Positions 10,463-19,686 of a DNA stretch of 64,000 nucleotides are shown in pieces (the stretch's first letter is position 1; every line of letters begins with the position of its first letter). A program made the translations under genes and the position numbers. A model generated the notes under the pieces. That model was not told the origin of the DNA. It worked only from the letters and a program-made list of their open reading frames with translations, and searched no databases. Location of the stretch: positions 64,001 through 128,000 of the forward strand of contig JBCBZT010000012.1 of NCBI GenBank assembly GCA_039815185.1, read 5' to 3'. This stretch comes from Cyanobacteria bacterium P01_A01_bin.123. Its GTDB lineage: Bacteria > Cyanobacteriota > Cyanobacteriia > Phormidesmidales > Phormidesmidaceae.

Positions 10463-11038
10463 ATGTTGGCCGTCTCAAACGAGTCTAGCCACGGCTTCCA
10501 TGCTGTTCTTGTTACCGCTAATGTGTTTCAAAATTGCTTGCCCAAGCTTAAGCAAGACGTTGCTCTCAATATCGCGCTGCTGGATGGATTTCTAAGGCAT
10601 CCCATCCGCTGGTATGTTTCAGAAGTTGATTACCAGATGATTGCGCTGTACTGGCGTCTATTTGGCGACCCGTCCTGCGAATCGGCATACCTGGGGATGT
10701 TCAAGCAAGTTCGGTTCTGCATGGTCAATGCCGCGATTCAAGCCGAAGCTCGGCACCATCCGATGTCCAGCGTCTCAGACTCGATTCGGTTGGCCTGTGC
10801 CATTGACCGTCAGGTTGATGCCTTAGTGACTTGGGAACCCGATCACTTCACCCGTAATCCCGAAGACCACGACCAGGTTTCTGAGCATGGTTTCTTTGAC
10901 TATCACCTTTCCTCAGAAGTCTTCTCAGAAGATGCTGATCTTGAGCCAGTGGTAAAACTAGATGACAGCGAAGCCACAGCCGAGAAACCCTGCATCCGGA
11001 TTTTTTCTGTGAGGGCCTTTTCCCAAAGGCTGGTTTAA
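10463..11038 (+). CDS. Degenerate PIN-domain-like protein
   Basis: VLVTANV (cf. VLLDTNV), DSIRLACA, VDALVTWEPDHF (cf. DAIVTRN..DF). Confidence 0.55.
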   Translation: MLAVSNESSHGFHAVLVTANVFQNCLPKLKQDVALNIALLDGFLRHPIRWYVSEVDYQMIALYWRLFGDPSCESAYLGMFKQVRFCMVNAAIQAEARHHPMSSVSDSIRLACAIDRQVDALVTWEPDHFTRNPEDHDQVSEHGFFDYHLSSEVFSEDADLEPVVKLDDSEATAEKPCIRIFSVRAFSQRLV

Positions 11039-11083
11039 AGCCACACGCGCATCTAAACCTTGAGCCACACCCAGCGAATAAAT

Positions 11084-11186
11084 ATAGCGCTGGCCAGCTT
11101 GCTTAATGCACCGAGTGCCGCTGAGATGCTCAGTAAACAAGTAATCTGGCTCGCAGTAGCGCACAAAGCTTTGTGGCTGCTGCCAT
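11084..11186 (+). repeat. ~103-bp structured dispersed element, copy A
   Basis: ATAGCGCTGGCCAG.TTGCTT...AAG.AATCTGGCTCGC.GTAGCGCACAAAGCTTTGTGGCT...; homologous to five other copies in the window. Confidence 0.9.
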
Positions 11187-11231
11187 CAGTCCGGGGAGCC
11201 GAATATCAGATCCGGTCTGAACGCGATTAGT

Positions 11232-11316
11232 ATAGCTGGCCAGCTTGCTTAAGACATCTAGTATCTATCGTTGGAATACTTGGCATACAAGCAATCTGGC
11301 TCACAGTAGCGCACAA
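11232..11316 (+). repeat. ~103-bp element, copy B (3'-truncated)
   Basis: Homologous up to GCGCACAA, then replaced by a different palindrome. Confidence 0.85.
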
Positions 11317-11451
11317 TGCTTAATTATGGCGATCACCATAATTAAGCATTGAGATAGGCAATTGTCGCATGTGAGAATTGTCTATTTCAATGCTTGAAGG
11401 TTGTCGAAAATGCAAGTGCTGCTTACGATGGACGGAGTATAGCTTAACAAT

Positions 11452-13056
11452 ATGAAAGTATTACTTGTCTATCCGCTGTTTCCAAAAAGCTTTTGGTCTT
11501 TTGATAAAACCCTAGAGCTGGTTAATTTTAAGGCACAGCTTCCTCCCTTGGGGATTATCACCGTCGCAGCTATACTGCCCCAGCATTGGGAGTTCAAACT
11601 GGTTGATCGCAATGTTCGCGAGATCACCGAAGATGAGTGGGCTTGGGCGGATGTGGTGTTGCTATCTGCCATGATTGTGCAAAAGCCCGATCTGATGGAT
11701 CAGATTGCCGAAGCCAAGCGCCGAAATAAGCTGGTTGCCGTGGGTGGGCCTTACGCCACAGCGTTGCCCAACGAAGTGGAAGGATCCGGGGCAGACTTCT
11801 TGATTTTGGACGAAGGGGAAATTACCCTACCGATGTTTGTTGAGGCGATCGAACGGGGCGATCGCGCAGGTAAGTTTCGATCCGGCGGTGAGAAACCCGA
11901 TGTCACGATTACCCCAATCCCGCGCTACGACCTGCTAGAACTTGACGCCTATGCCGAAATGTCGGTGCAGTTTTCGCGCGGATGTCCATTCCAGTGTGAG
12001 TTTTGCGACATCATCGTGCTTTACGGTCGTAAGCCCCGTACCAAAGAGCCAGAGCAGCTGCTAGCCGAACTCCAATGTCTTTACGATCTGGGTTGGCGAC
12101 GCAGCATCTTTATGGTGGACGACAATTTCATTGGCAACAAGCGCAACGTCAAGCGCTTGTTATCGGCTATGAAACCTTGGATTGCAGACCACAACTATCC
12201 CTTCTCGTTTGCGACTGAAGCCTCCGTCGATTTGGCTCAAGACCCTGAGCTGATGCAGATGATGGTGGACTGCAACTTTGGCACCGTCTTTTTGGGCATT
12301 GAGACCCCAGATAGTGATAGTCTCACCCTGACCCGCAAATACCAAAATAACCGTGATCCCCTAGCCGAAGCTGTAAAGTCCATCGCTCGCGCTGGGTTGC
12401 GGGTAATGGCCGGATTTATTATTGGCTTTGATGGTGAAAAAACAGGGGCTGGACAGCGAATCGTCAACTTTGTGGAAGAAACTACGATTCCCACAGCCAT
12501 GTTGAGTATGCTGCAAGCCCTACCTGACACGGCCCTTTGGCACCGATTGGTCAAAGAGGAGCGGTTGCTTTCTGGGGAGGTCGATGGCAACCAGGTAATG
12601 TTGATGAACTTTGTGCCGACTCGCCCCTTGGAAACCATTGCCAAGGAGTTCATTGAGGCGTTTTGGCAATTGTATGACCCGATCGCATTACTCAATCGCA
12701 ACTATCGCCATTTTTTGATTTTGGGTGAGGGGCAACGAGAACGCTACAAGGGCAGCGGGCGCAGTCAATCAGCGGGTACCCCAGATATCAACTGGGTGAC
12801 GATTCGCGCCCTATTAATTGTCTGTTGGCGACAAGGAGTCGTCCGCAAAACTCGTTTGCGCTTCTGGCTCAATTTGATTAGTTTGCTGTTGAAATATCCT
12901 GAGGTGGTGGGCAACTATCTGGGAGTTTGTGCTCAAGCCGAACACTTTGTCGATTTCCGCGAACTGGTGTCGTCGCAAATTGAAGCTCAACTAGATGCCT
13001 ATCTCGCTCAGAAGGCCAAGCTGGATCAAGAGAAGGTTAAGGTACTTGCAGCTTAG
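11452..13056 (+). CDS. B12-binding domain radical SAM protein (DUF4070-type)
   Basis: SRGCPFQCEFC (CxxxCxxC), PPLG, VGGPY, VDDNFIGN. Confidence 0.9.
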   Translation: MKVLLVYPLFPKSFWSFDKTLELVNFKAQLPPLGIITVAAILPQHWEFKLVDRNVREITEDEWAWADVVLLSAMIVQKPDLMDQIAEAKRRNKLVAVGGPYATALPNEVEGSGADFLILDEGEITLPMFVEAIERGDRAGKFRSGGEKPDVTITPIPRYDLLELDAYAEMSVQFSRGCPFQCEFCDIIVLYGRKPRTKEPEQLLAELQCLYDLGWRRSIFMVDDNFIGNKRNVKRLLSAMKPWIADHNYPFSFATEASVDLAQDPELMQMMVDCNFGTVFLGIETPDSDSLTLTRKYQNNRDPLAEAVKSIARAGLRVMAGFIIGFDGEKTGAGQRIVNFVEETTIPTAMLSMLQALPDTALWHRLVKEERLLSGEVDGNQVMLMNFVPTRPLETIAKEFIEAFWQLYDPIALLNRNYRHFLILGEGQRERYKGSGRSQSAGTPDINWVTIRALLIVCWRQGVVRKTRLRFWLNLISLLLKYPEVVGNYLGVCAQAEHFVDFRELVSSQIEAQLDAYLAQKAKLDQEKVKVLAA

Positions 13057-13134
13057 GCTACTCAGCGGGAACTGCTTGCTGAGGGGCTGTCATCAACTAA
13101 ATCGTTATGCTGACTGCCGATTCGATCCCTAAAT

Positions 13135-13237
13135 ATGGCGCTGGCCAGATTGCTTAATGCACTGACTATTGCTGGGATGCTTAGGATGCAAGCAATCTGG
13201 CTCGCCGCAGCGCACAAAGCTTTGTGGCTACGGCTAT
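13135..13237 (+). repeat. ~103-bp element, copy C
   Basis: Homologous to copy A; lies between convergent genes. Confidence 0.9.
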
Positions 13238-13239
13238 CC

Positions 13240-14103
13240 CTAAGCAAAGACCAGCTCGTTTACATCTATCAGCGCTGCTGGAAGCGTATTTGCATTACAC
13301 CAGGCATTAACTGTTTGAGTAAACAAATCGGGCATCTCGAAAAACCATCCGTGGCTTGCATCCGGTACTAGATATCCCTCACCTTGAGGCATTGCATTGG
13401 CAAGGACGGGGAGAGATTCGTGTACCAGATGAAAGTCGTGTTCTCCAGAGGTGATTAGCGTTGGATGATGGATATTGTTGATGTTAGCGGGCATCTTGTA
13501 GCGGCTTGCTTCAAGCAAGACATCTAGCATGGTGTTCCCGACGGCGTGCGTCAGCTCACTGTGATACCGCTTGAACGTACAGTCAGGAATTTTCATCGCT
13601 TGGACGTTGAGCTTAATGATGAAGTCTGTTGTGAGCCACGAATTCATTAGAGGGCCCATGAGTTGAGTCATCCATATCATCGGGTGTCGATTGGGTAGAG
13701 GAAAAGCAGTAATGCCACTCAAAATCACCCGCTCAGCTACCTGGGGATAGCGAGATAGCAGTTGGAGTGCGACGTAAGCCCCTAAAGATACGCCCACAAT
13801 ATGTGCTCGGCCATGGGTAGCCCGTTGCTGGATTACCTCAGCAATCAGATAGGCGGTCTCATCCAGCGATCGCCAAGGCGTTTGGCTGCTCTGGCCATGC
13901 CCTGGCAAGTCAGGCGCAAGACAATTGAAGTCTGTGAGGTGCACCATTTGGGTTTGCCACATCCTGCTGCTGGCACCTGCACTGTGGAGAAAAATAATTG
14001 TAGGCTTGGCGCGATCGCCAGCGTCTTCGACATGGAGGGAAAGCGTCATGGTTCTCGAAAAAGTGGTAGGGGCACTGGTCAGGATTGGATAGGAGGTACG
14101 CAT
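13240..14103 (-). CDS. Alpha/beta fold hydrolase
   Basis: APDLPGHG, nucleophile elbow GVSLG, C-terminal D/H residues. Confidence 0.85.
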   Translation of the reverse strand: MRTSYPILTSAPTTFSRTMTLSLHVEDAGDRAKPTIIFLHSAGASSRMWQTQMVHLTDFNCLAPDLPGHGQSSQTPWRSLDETAYLIAEVIQQRATHGRAHIVGVSLGAYVALQLLSRYPQVAERVILSGITAFPLPNRHPMIWMTQLMGPLMNSWLTTDFIIKLNVQAMKIPDCTFKRYHSELTHAVGNTMLDVLLEASRYKMPANINNIHHPTLITSGEHDFHLVHESLPVLANAMPQGEGYLVPDASHGWFFEMPDLFTQTVNAWCNANTLPAALIDVNELVFA

Positions 14104-14131
14104 CGCAACTTGCGATGCGTACCTCTTAGGC

Positions 14132-16513
14132 TTAATTCACTTTGGCAGCGAAGATTTCCTGACCGGCTTGGTAGAGGGTAAAGCCATTAACGGTTCCCTC
14201 TGTTGAGACATCAAACCTGATGGTGATGTTATCCATCTGAGCAAAGAATTCAGTCTCTGAGGTGGGATACAGGGTAAATGATTCCTGCCCTGTTGCCTGG
14301 GCGATCAACTGATCATCCTCAACCCTAATATCCACCTGCATTTGGGGCAATAGCTGGTAGGTACCGACATAGCGGTTATAAATCTCTGGATCAACCTCAA
14401 CGCTTTCAGGTGCTGCTGTGCTGACTGTTACCGTATCAATGTCCACCGTGAGCGCTTCTAGCTGCGCCTGCAATTCTGGAGACATCTCGGATTGATATCG
14501 CCCACCTAGGTGTTCAGCAAAAAAGCGTTCTAGGGCGGCAATCATCGCCAACCGATTTCCTTCTTTACGAAAACCGTGACCTTCATCGGGGGCGATCAAG
14601 TATTCGACTGGATAACCCAAATCTCGCATTGCAACCACAATTTGATCTGACTCAACTTGCTTGACGCGTGGATCGTTAGCCCCTTGAACCACCATTAAGG
14701 GAGCCTGAATTTGATCGGCAAAAAACAGGGGAGATTGAGCTTCTAATCGGGTGCGATCGCTAGGATCATCTGGATCACCTAGGCGCAGCGTAAAAGTTGC
14801 TCTGAGAGAAGCCCAGTAGGGCGGAATTGAATCGAGCAGCGTAATTAGGTTAGACGGGCCAACCACAGATGCTCCAGCCGCATAGAGATCAGGGGTGAAA
14901 GCTAATCCAGCTAACGTTGCATAACCCCCATAGGATCCCCCGAAGATGCCGACTCGCTCTGGATCGGCGATGCCCTGATCGATTAGATACTGCACGCCAT
15001 CAGTGATGTCATGCTGCATCGCGCCCGTGCCCCATTCGTGGTTGCCGGCGTTGAGAAAGGCTTTGCCGTAGCCCGTAGACCCCCGGAAATTAGGTTGGAT
15101 TACAGCGTAGCCTCGGTTTGCCAAGAACTGGGCAAAGGGGTTGTAGCCCCAAATATCCCGTGCCCAAGGTCCCCCGTGGGGCATGACAATGACGGGCAAA
15201 TTTTCTGGGGGCATGCCGGGGGGCAGCGTTAGATAGGCTGGAATTTCCAAGCCGTCGCGGGCGGTGTAGCGGATGGGCTGCATGGCCCCTAGCTCGTAAG
15301 CCCCTAGCTCGGGTCGAGAATCGTAAAGCTTCTCTACGGTTTGAGCGGTGCGATCGAATAAATACACTGAACCGGGATTGACGTCACTTTGAATCCCGAT
15401 TAAGGCCAGTTGATCATCACGGGTGACGGATTTGAGGGATATCTCATAGTTGGGAAATTGCTGGTTGAGAAACGCTAGATCGCTTGCCAGTTGCTCGGTT
15501 TTGGGATAAATGCGGACGCGATCGCCCACATAAGACGTCGCGATTAGCTCATCGGTAGCCTCAGAAAAAACGGCCCCACCAAAGTCTACCTGGTTGTCGG
15601 GATCCGTTTCTATAATCTGGCTTTGCCGGGTGTCCAGATTAAACAGCTCTAGCTGAATCAGGTTGACATCTCGATTGGTTGCGAGATACACCTGCTGGGG
15701 GTTTCGATGAAACCGGATGGGATAGCAGGTATCTTCAATCTCGCAGCTATACACTGGCGTTAACCTGCCATTTTCGACCGCTAGAATTTCGTTTCCCCCC
15801 GCTACGCTCTGGCGATAGGCAAGGCGCACATGACCCTCCAAATCAGTGACCCAAGAACCGATCCGCTGATCATTCTGAATAATCAGCGTCCGCTCACCCG
15901 TCGTCAGATCTAAGCGATAGACATCGTGGAATTGCGGGTCGCGATCGTTAAGACCAATGATGATCTGGTTTGGGGTTTGCTTAGGAACCGCGTAAATTTG
16001 CACCTGAACATTGTCTATAGGGGTCAGATTGCGGGTTCCACTGCCGTCTAGCGCCCCAGGTTCAGCAGCATAGATGTGAAAATTCTCGTCGCCCCCCTTA
16101 TCTTGAGCATAGAGAATGTAGCGACCATCGGCACTCCAAAAATAGACGATAATGGGGCTTTCTCCGTCGGCGGTGACGGGGCGGGCAGCGGCCATCGGTT
16201 CGTCTATGCCCTTCACCCAAACATTCATCACCCCGTCTAGCGGTTTTTGAAACGCCAAAAATTTGCCGTCTGGTGACAGTTGGGCTCCCGTAATCTCTGG
16301 ATCGGCAAAGAACAGCGCTCGATCGATTAGGGGGGGTTGGGTGCTAGAGGCTTCGTTGGCGATCGCGGCCGTTGTCGTTAACGGTTGGGGTGTATTGCTG
16401 AAGCCAACCCCCATCAAGCTCATAGACACGATGGCCAAACCTGCACTTAGTTGGAATCGCTTCATCACAAACAGTTTGCTCCAAGAATTTTTGATGTGAT
16501 GCAAATCTAACAA
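14132..16513 (-). CDS. S9 family (prolyl oligopeptidase/acylaminoacyl) peptidase with signal peptide and C-terminal DUF3471-like domain
   Basis: HGGPW, GGSYGG, GANDPRV, DEGHGF; probable start ~16465. Confidence 0.9.
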   Translation of the reverse strand: MLDLHHIKNSWSKLFVMKRFQLSAGLAIVSMSLMGVGFSNTPQPLTTTAAIANEASSTQPPLIDRALFFADPEITGAQLSPDGKFLAFQKPLDGVMNVWVKGIDEPMAAARPVTADGESPIIVYFWSADGRYILYAQDKGGDENFHIYAAEPGALDGSGTRNLTPIDNVQVQIYAVPKQTPNQIIIGLNDRDPQFHDVYRLDLTTGERTLIIQNDQRIGSWVTDLEGHVRLAYRQSVAGGNEILAVENGRLTPVYSCEIEDTCYPIRFHRNPQQVYLATNRDVNLIQLELFNLDTRQSQIIETDPDNQVDFGGAVFSEATDELIATSYVGDRVRIYPKTEQLASDLAFLNQQFPNYEISLKSVTRDDQLALIGIQSDVNPGSVYLFDRTAQTVEKLYDSRPELGAYELGAMQPIRYTARDGLEIPAYLTLPPGMPPENLPVIVMPHGGPWARDIWGYNPFAQFLANRGYAVIQPNFRGSTGYGKAFLNAGNHEWGTGAMQHDITDGVQYLIDQGIADPERVGIFGGSYGGYATLAGLAFTPDLYAAGASVVGPSNLITLLDSIPPYWASLRATFTLRLGDPDDPSDRTRLEAQSPLFFADQIQAPLMVVQGANDPRVKQVESDQIVVAMRDLGYPVEYLIAPDEGHGFRKEGNRLAMIAALERFFAEHLGGRYQSEMSPELQAQLEALTVDIDTVTVSTAAPESVEVDPEIYNRYVGTYQLLPQMQVDIRVEDDQLIAQATGQESFTLYPTSETEFFAQMDNITIRFDVSTEGTVNGFTLYQAGQEIFAAKVN

Positions 16514-16540
16514 GACTCGTGCAGCCCTTTCTATATCGGG

Positions 16541-16569
16541 AAGTCACGGGTATGGATGACTTTTGTCAT
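16541..16569. promoter_or_regulatory. Putative NarL/LuxR-type response regulator operator
   Basis: Palindrome ATGACTTTTGTCAT (16556-16569) plus an AAGTCAC half-site, between the divergent peptidase and two-component genes. Confidence 0.5.
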
Positions 16570-16583
16570 AGGGATTTGGCTGC

Positions 16584-17864
16584 ATGTGCCCTAGGATCAA
16601 GACACTACTGATTCATCAATCTGCGGTCAAAGCGATGACAGGTCGGGCAGTGCCTAAGGTTCCCACAACGATTAATTCGATTCCCAAAATACTGCTCTAC
16701 GTAGAGTGGGCATTTTTGGTGATGGTGACGCTGCGCGTCCTCTTTCCCATCCTTTATGAGCCCATTCCCTATGAGGTTAGTGGTGGTGACTATCTTAATT
16801 TTGGTGTGTTTGGCATCTTAGCGATTCTGAGCTTTTGCTTTCCCATCCACCGGCCGATGTGGCAGCGGCAAGTCTATATTTTTGTCGAGATTGCTTGTTT
16901 GTTACCCACTCGAATGTTTAGTGATTGGGGGCTAGACCCTTTTCTTTACGTATTTCTGGTAAAAAGTGGGTTCTTGCTGCGTCGTCGCGATGTCATTATC
17001 ACAGCTATCTTGGCTGGCATTGCCTGGCATTTTAGTTTGGCTTGGTGGTTGACTCATCACCTGTCAACGCCCGTCGAACAGATTCAAGAACAGGTACAAA
17101 TTCAGATTCAAGCGATTCAAGAAGTTCCTCAACTGCTGGTGATCGATGCTTTGTTTAATAACATCGTGATTTATGTTCCTTTTAGCCTGCTGATTATTTT
17201 GCTTTGTCTGACCTTGGTGTCTGAACGCAAAAGCCGTCAGCAAGCGGCAGGGTTAGCAGCGGAGGTCGAAGGGCTCGCAGCCGATTTAGAGCGTACTCGC
17301 ATCGCCCGAGATATCCACGATTCTTTGGGACATACGTTGACGACCCTAGACGTACAGCTAGAACTGGCTCAAACCCTGCATACGGCTAATCCCGATCGCG
17401 CCCTGCAGGCGCTAAATCGGGCTAAGGTGCTAGCGAGTCAGTCACTGCAAGAGGTGCGCCGTGCCGTTTCGACAATGCGACAGGGGAGATTTGACCTGAG
17501 CGCTGCACTAGATGCCTTAGTTGAACAGATGAATCAGTCTCAAGCGTTTCAGGTCGATTCCCAAATCAACTTGCCCCAACTACCCCTGCAGGTTAGTCAG
17601 CAGCTTTATTTGATCGTCAAAGAAGGGTTGACCAATATTCAAAAACATAGCCGGGCAACGACGGTGAATCTTTGGGCCCAAACGACCCCAGAAGGGATTT
17701 CTGTGGGGCTTACGGATAATGGCGTTGGGTTTGAGGCCCAGCTTACCAGCTCAGGCTTTGGTCTCCGGGGGATGCAAGAGCGGGTGCAGCTCTTAAAAGG
17801 CCAGATGAAAATTAACAGTGCGGTTGGCAAAGGCACGTTAATTCAAGTGACGATTCCACAATGA
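16584..17864 (+). CDS. Membrane sensor histidine kinase (HisKA_3, DesK/NarQ-type)
   Basis: ERTRIARDIHDSLGH, EGLTNIQKH, DNGVGF, GFGLRGMQER. Confidence 0.92.
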   Translation: MCPRIKTLLIHQSAVKAMTGRAVPKVPTTINSIPKILLYVEWAFLVMVTLRVLFPILYEPIPYEVSGGDYLNFGVFGILAILSFCFPIHRPMWQRQVYIFVEIACLLPTRMFSDWGLDPFLYVFLVKSGFLLRRRDVIITAILAGIAWHFSLAWWLTHHLSTPVEQIQEQVQIQIQAIQEVPQLLVIDALFNNIVIYVPFSLLIILLCLTLVSERKSRQQAAGLAAEVEGLAADLERTRIARDIHDSLGHTLTTLDVQLELAQTLHTANPDRALQALNRAKVLASQSLQEVRRAVSTMRQGRFDLSAALDALVEQMNQSQAFQVDSQINLPQLPLQVSQQLYLIVKEGLTNIQKHSRATTVNLWAQTTPEGISVGLTDNGVGFEAQLTSSGFGLRGMQERVQLLKGQMKINSAVGKGTLIQVTIPQ

Positions 17865-18499
17865 TTCAGATCTTACTGGTAGACGATCAACCCCTTTTTC
17901 GAGAGGGGCTTGCCTCCTTATTAGCCCTGGAGGAAGACTTTGAAATTGTGGGCGAGGCTAACCATGGGCAGGAGGCGATCGCGTTGGCAGAACAGCTCCA
18001 ACCCGATGTGATTTTGATGGACGTGCGGATGCCGGTTTGCAATGGTGTGGATGCCACTCGCGAAATCAATCGCCGCTTCCCGTGGATTCGGATTTTGGTG
18101 CTAACCACCTTTGATGAAGACGAGTATGTGTTTCAGTCTTTGGAGGTGGGGGCGCTGGGCTATTTGCTCAAAAGCACGTCGGCTAAACAGGTGGCGATCG
18201 CGATTCGCAGCGTTCAGCAAGGCTACAGCCACTTAGGGCCAACCATTGCACCCAAGGTGTTTTCCCAGGTCAAGCCGCCTAACAAAGCCCCTAAACCCGA
18301 AAGCCAAACCCAATTTAGCCAGCGAGAACTGGATATTTTGCAGCTCTTGGGTCGGGGGCACAGTAATCGCGAAATTGCCGAAACTCTTCACCTGACTGAG
18401 GGCACGGTGAAAAACCATATGACGAATATTTTTTGTCAGCTGGAGGTTCGCGATCGCACCCAAGCCGCCCTATGGGCCCACGAAAACTTGATCGAATAA
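17861..18499 (+). CDS. NarL/LuxR family response regulator
   Basis: LVDD, DVILMDVRMP, C-terminal HTH SNREIAETLHLTEGTVKNH. Confidence 0.93.
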   Translation: MIQILLVDDQPLFREGLASLLALEEDFEIVGEANHGQEAIALAEQLQPDVILMDVRMPVCNGVDATREINRRFPWIRILVLTTFDEDEYVFQSLEVGALGYLLKSTSAKQVAIAIRSVQQGYSHLGPTIAPKVFSQVKPPNKAPKPESQTQFSQRELDILQLLGRGHSNREIAETLHLTEGTVKNHMTNIFCQLEVRDRTQAALWAHENLIE

Positions 18500-19243
18500 A
18501 AACGCGACAAGCTGCTCAAATCGATCTCGATCGCGCCTTTGCTTATAGTTCCGCAACCGCTCAATCAACCCCAATTTATCCACTGTAAAAAGCTGCTGCA
18601 CTTGGTTTGCGATCGCGGTGCTGATCAATAATCCCTGGGTCAATGCCGTCACATTAGCCGGACGGCGATCGCGACTAGCCGTACTAAAGTCGAGGATCTG
18701 AGCCCGATTATCCTGCACAATTGCATGCTGGGTAATGCAGCGCAAATTGCCATGATCTAGCCCCAACTGATCTAACCGAAACCCATCCTCCAAAAGCTGG
18801 ATCAACACGCTTTGCAACAGCATGCGATCGCCCCTATCCACCACCCGCACCACCCAAGGCAGAAAAGGGTCGCCCCCCAAATAGTCCATCACCAAAAAGT
18901 TGGGGCTGTGGGCTAAACAGCGCGGGCCGATCTGGACTTCATTCGCGATCGCCAACAAATTCGCCTCACGGGTCAGGCTAGGCTGAGTTGCATTGGTTCG
19001 GCGCACCTTGAGCGCTGCCAGGCGTCCCCGCCAACGGGCCACCATCACCACCCCACAATAGCCCATGCCTAAGATGGCAAATCCGCCCAGCTGCTTTTCC
19101 CCCACCTGATAAATCTGGTCAACCCCCAAAGCCCTGAGTTCTGACAAGCGACGTCTCAACTCGGCTGAGTCAGGCTGGGGATAAGCTAACAAAAACTCAT
19201 AGGGCGATCCTAAAATGTCAGTCAGCGGCACTCCGTTGGACAT
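18470..19243 (-). CDS. Archaeal-type (COG2112/RIO-like) Ser/Thr kinase-fold protein
   Basis: LGMGYCGVV, ALKVRR, FLVMDY, LDHGNL, ILDFS; probable start 19243. Confidence 0.7.
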   Translation of the reverse strand: MSNGVPLTDILGSPYEFLLAYPQPDSAELRRRLSELRALGVDQIYQVGEKQLGGFAILGMGYCGVVMVARWRGRLAALKVRRTNATQPSLTREANLLAIANEVQIGPRCLAHSPNFLVMDYLGGDPFLPWVVRVVDRGDRMLLQSVLIQLLEDGFRLDQLGLDHGNLRCITQHAIVQDNRAQILDFSTASRDRRPANVTALTQGLLISTAIANQVQQLFTVDKLGLIERLRNYKQRRDRDRFEQLVAFLFDQVFVGP

Positions 19244-19322
19244 GTCAGTTAACAAAACCCCATTCCCCCAACCCTCCAGGAAGCTGCTACCGCGTCTACA
19301 CCCCATCACGCCATCACGCCCC

Positions 19323-19520
19323 ATGAGCGACATTCCCCGACAGTTTTCCGACGATGAGCTCCAGCGGTGGCAAGCTGGACTCGCAGAAGCCAACCGCAAC
19401 AATATTTTCTGTCACTGTCGCGACTGCGATCGCGAATGGGTTGCCTCTTCAGAAGTGCCCTGTCCCTGTGGCAGCCACCGAGTTGAGTATATTGCCTGTT
19501 GGCAATTTCCCGATGGATAA
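19323..19520 (+). CDS. Small Cys-rich hypothetical protein
   Basis: CHCRDC...CPCGS...ACWQFPDG*; ATG at 19323. Confidence 0.75.
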   Translation: MSDIPRQFSDDELQRWQAGLAEANRNNIFCHCRDCDREWVASSEVPCPCGSHRVEYIACWQFPDG

Positions 19521-19686
19521 GCGCCTGCTGGCAATTTCCCGATGGATAAGCGCCTGCTGGCAATTTCCCGATGGATAAGCGCCTGCTGGCAATTTCCCGA
19601 TGGATAAGCGCCTGCTGGCAATTTCCCGATGGTTAGTGCCTGCTGGCAATTTCCCGATGGATAAGCGTTTGCTGGCGATTTCCGCC
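19494..19686 (+). repeat. 29-bp tandem repeat, 6 copies plus 1 degenerate partial
   Basis: GCCTGCTGGCAATTTCCCGATGGATAAGC head-to-tail with no spacers; copy 1 is the 3' end of the 19323-19520 gene. Confidence 0.95.

Noticed and set aside
10958..11164. Family of similar short ORFs (also 13062-13371, 33138-33575, 46567-46907, 58278-58499)
   Set aside because: They resemble each other only because they read through the ~103-bp repeat; starts, stops and frames are not conserved.
19494..19686. CRISPR array
   Set aside because: The 29-bp units are head-to-tail with no spacers, there is no cas operon, and the unit equals the 3' end of the adjacent gene.
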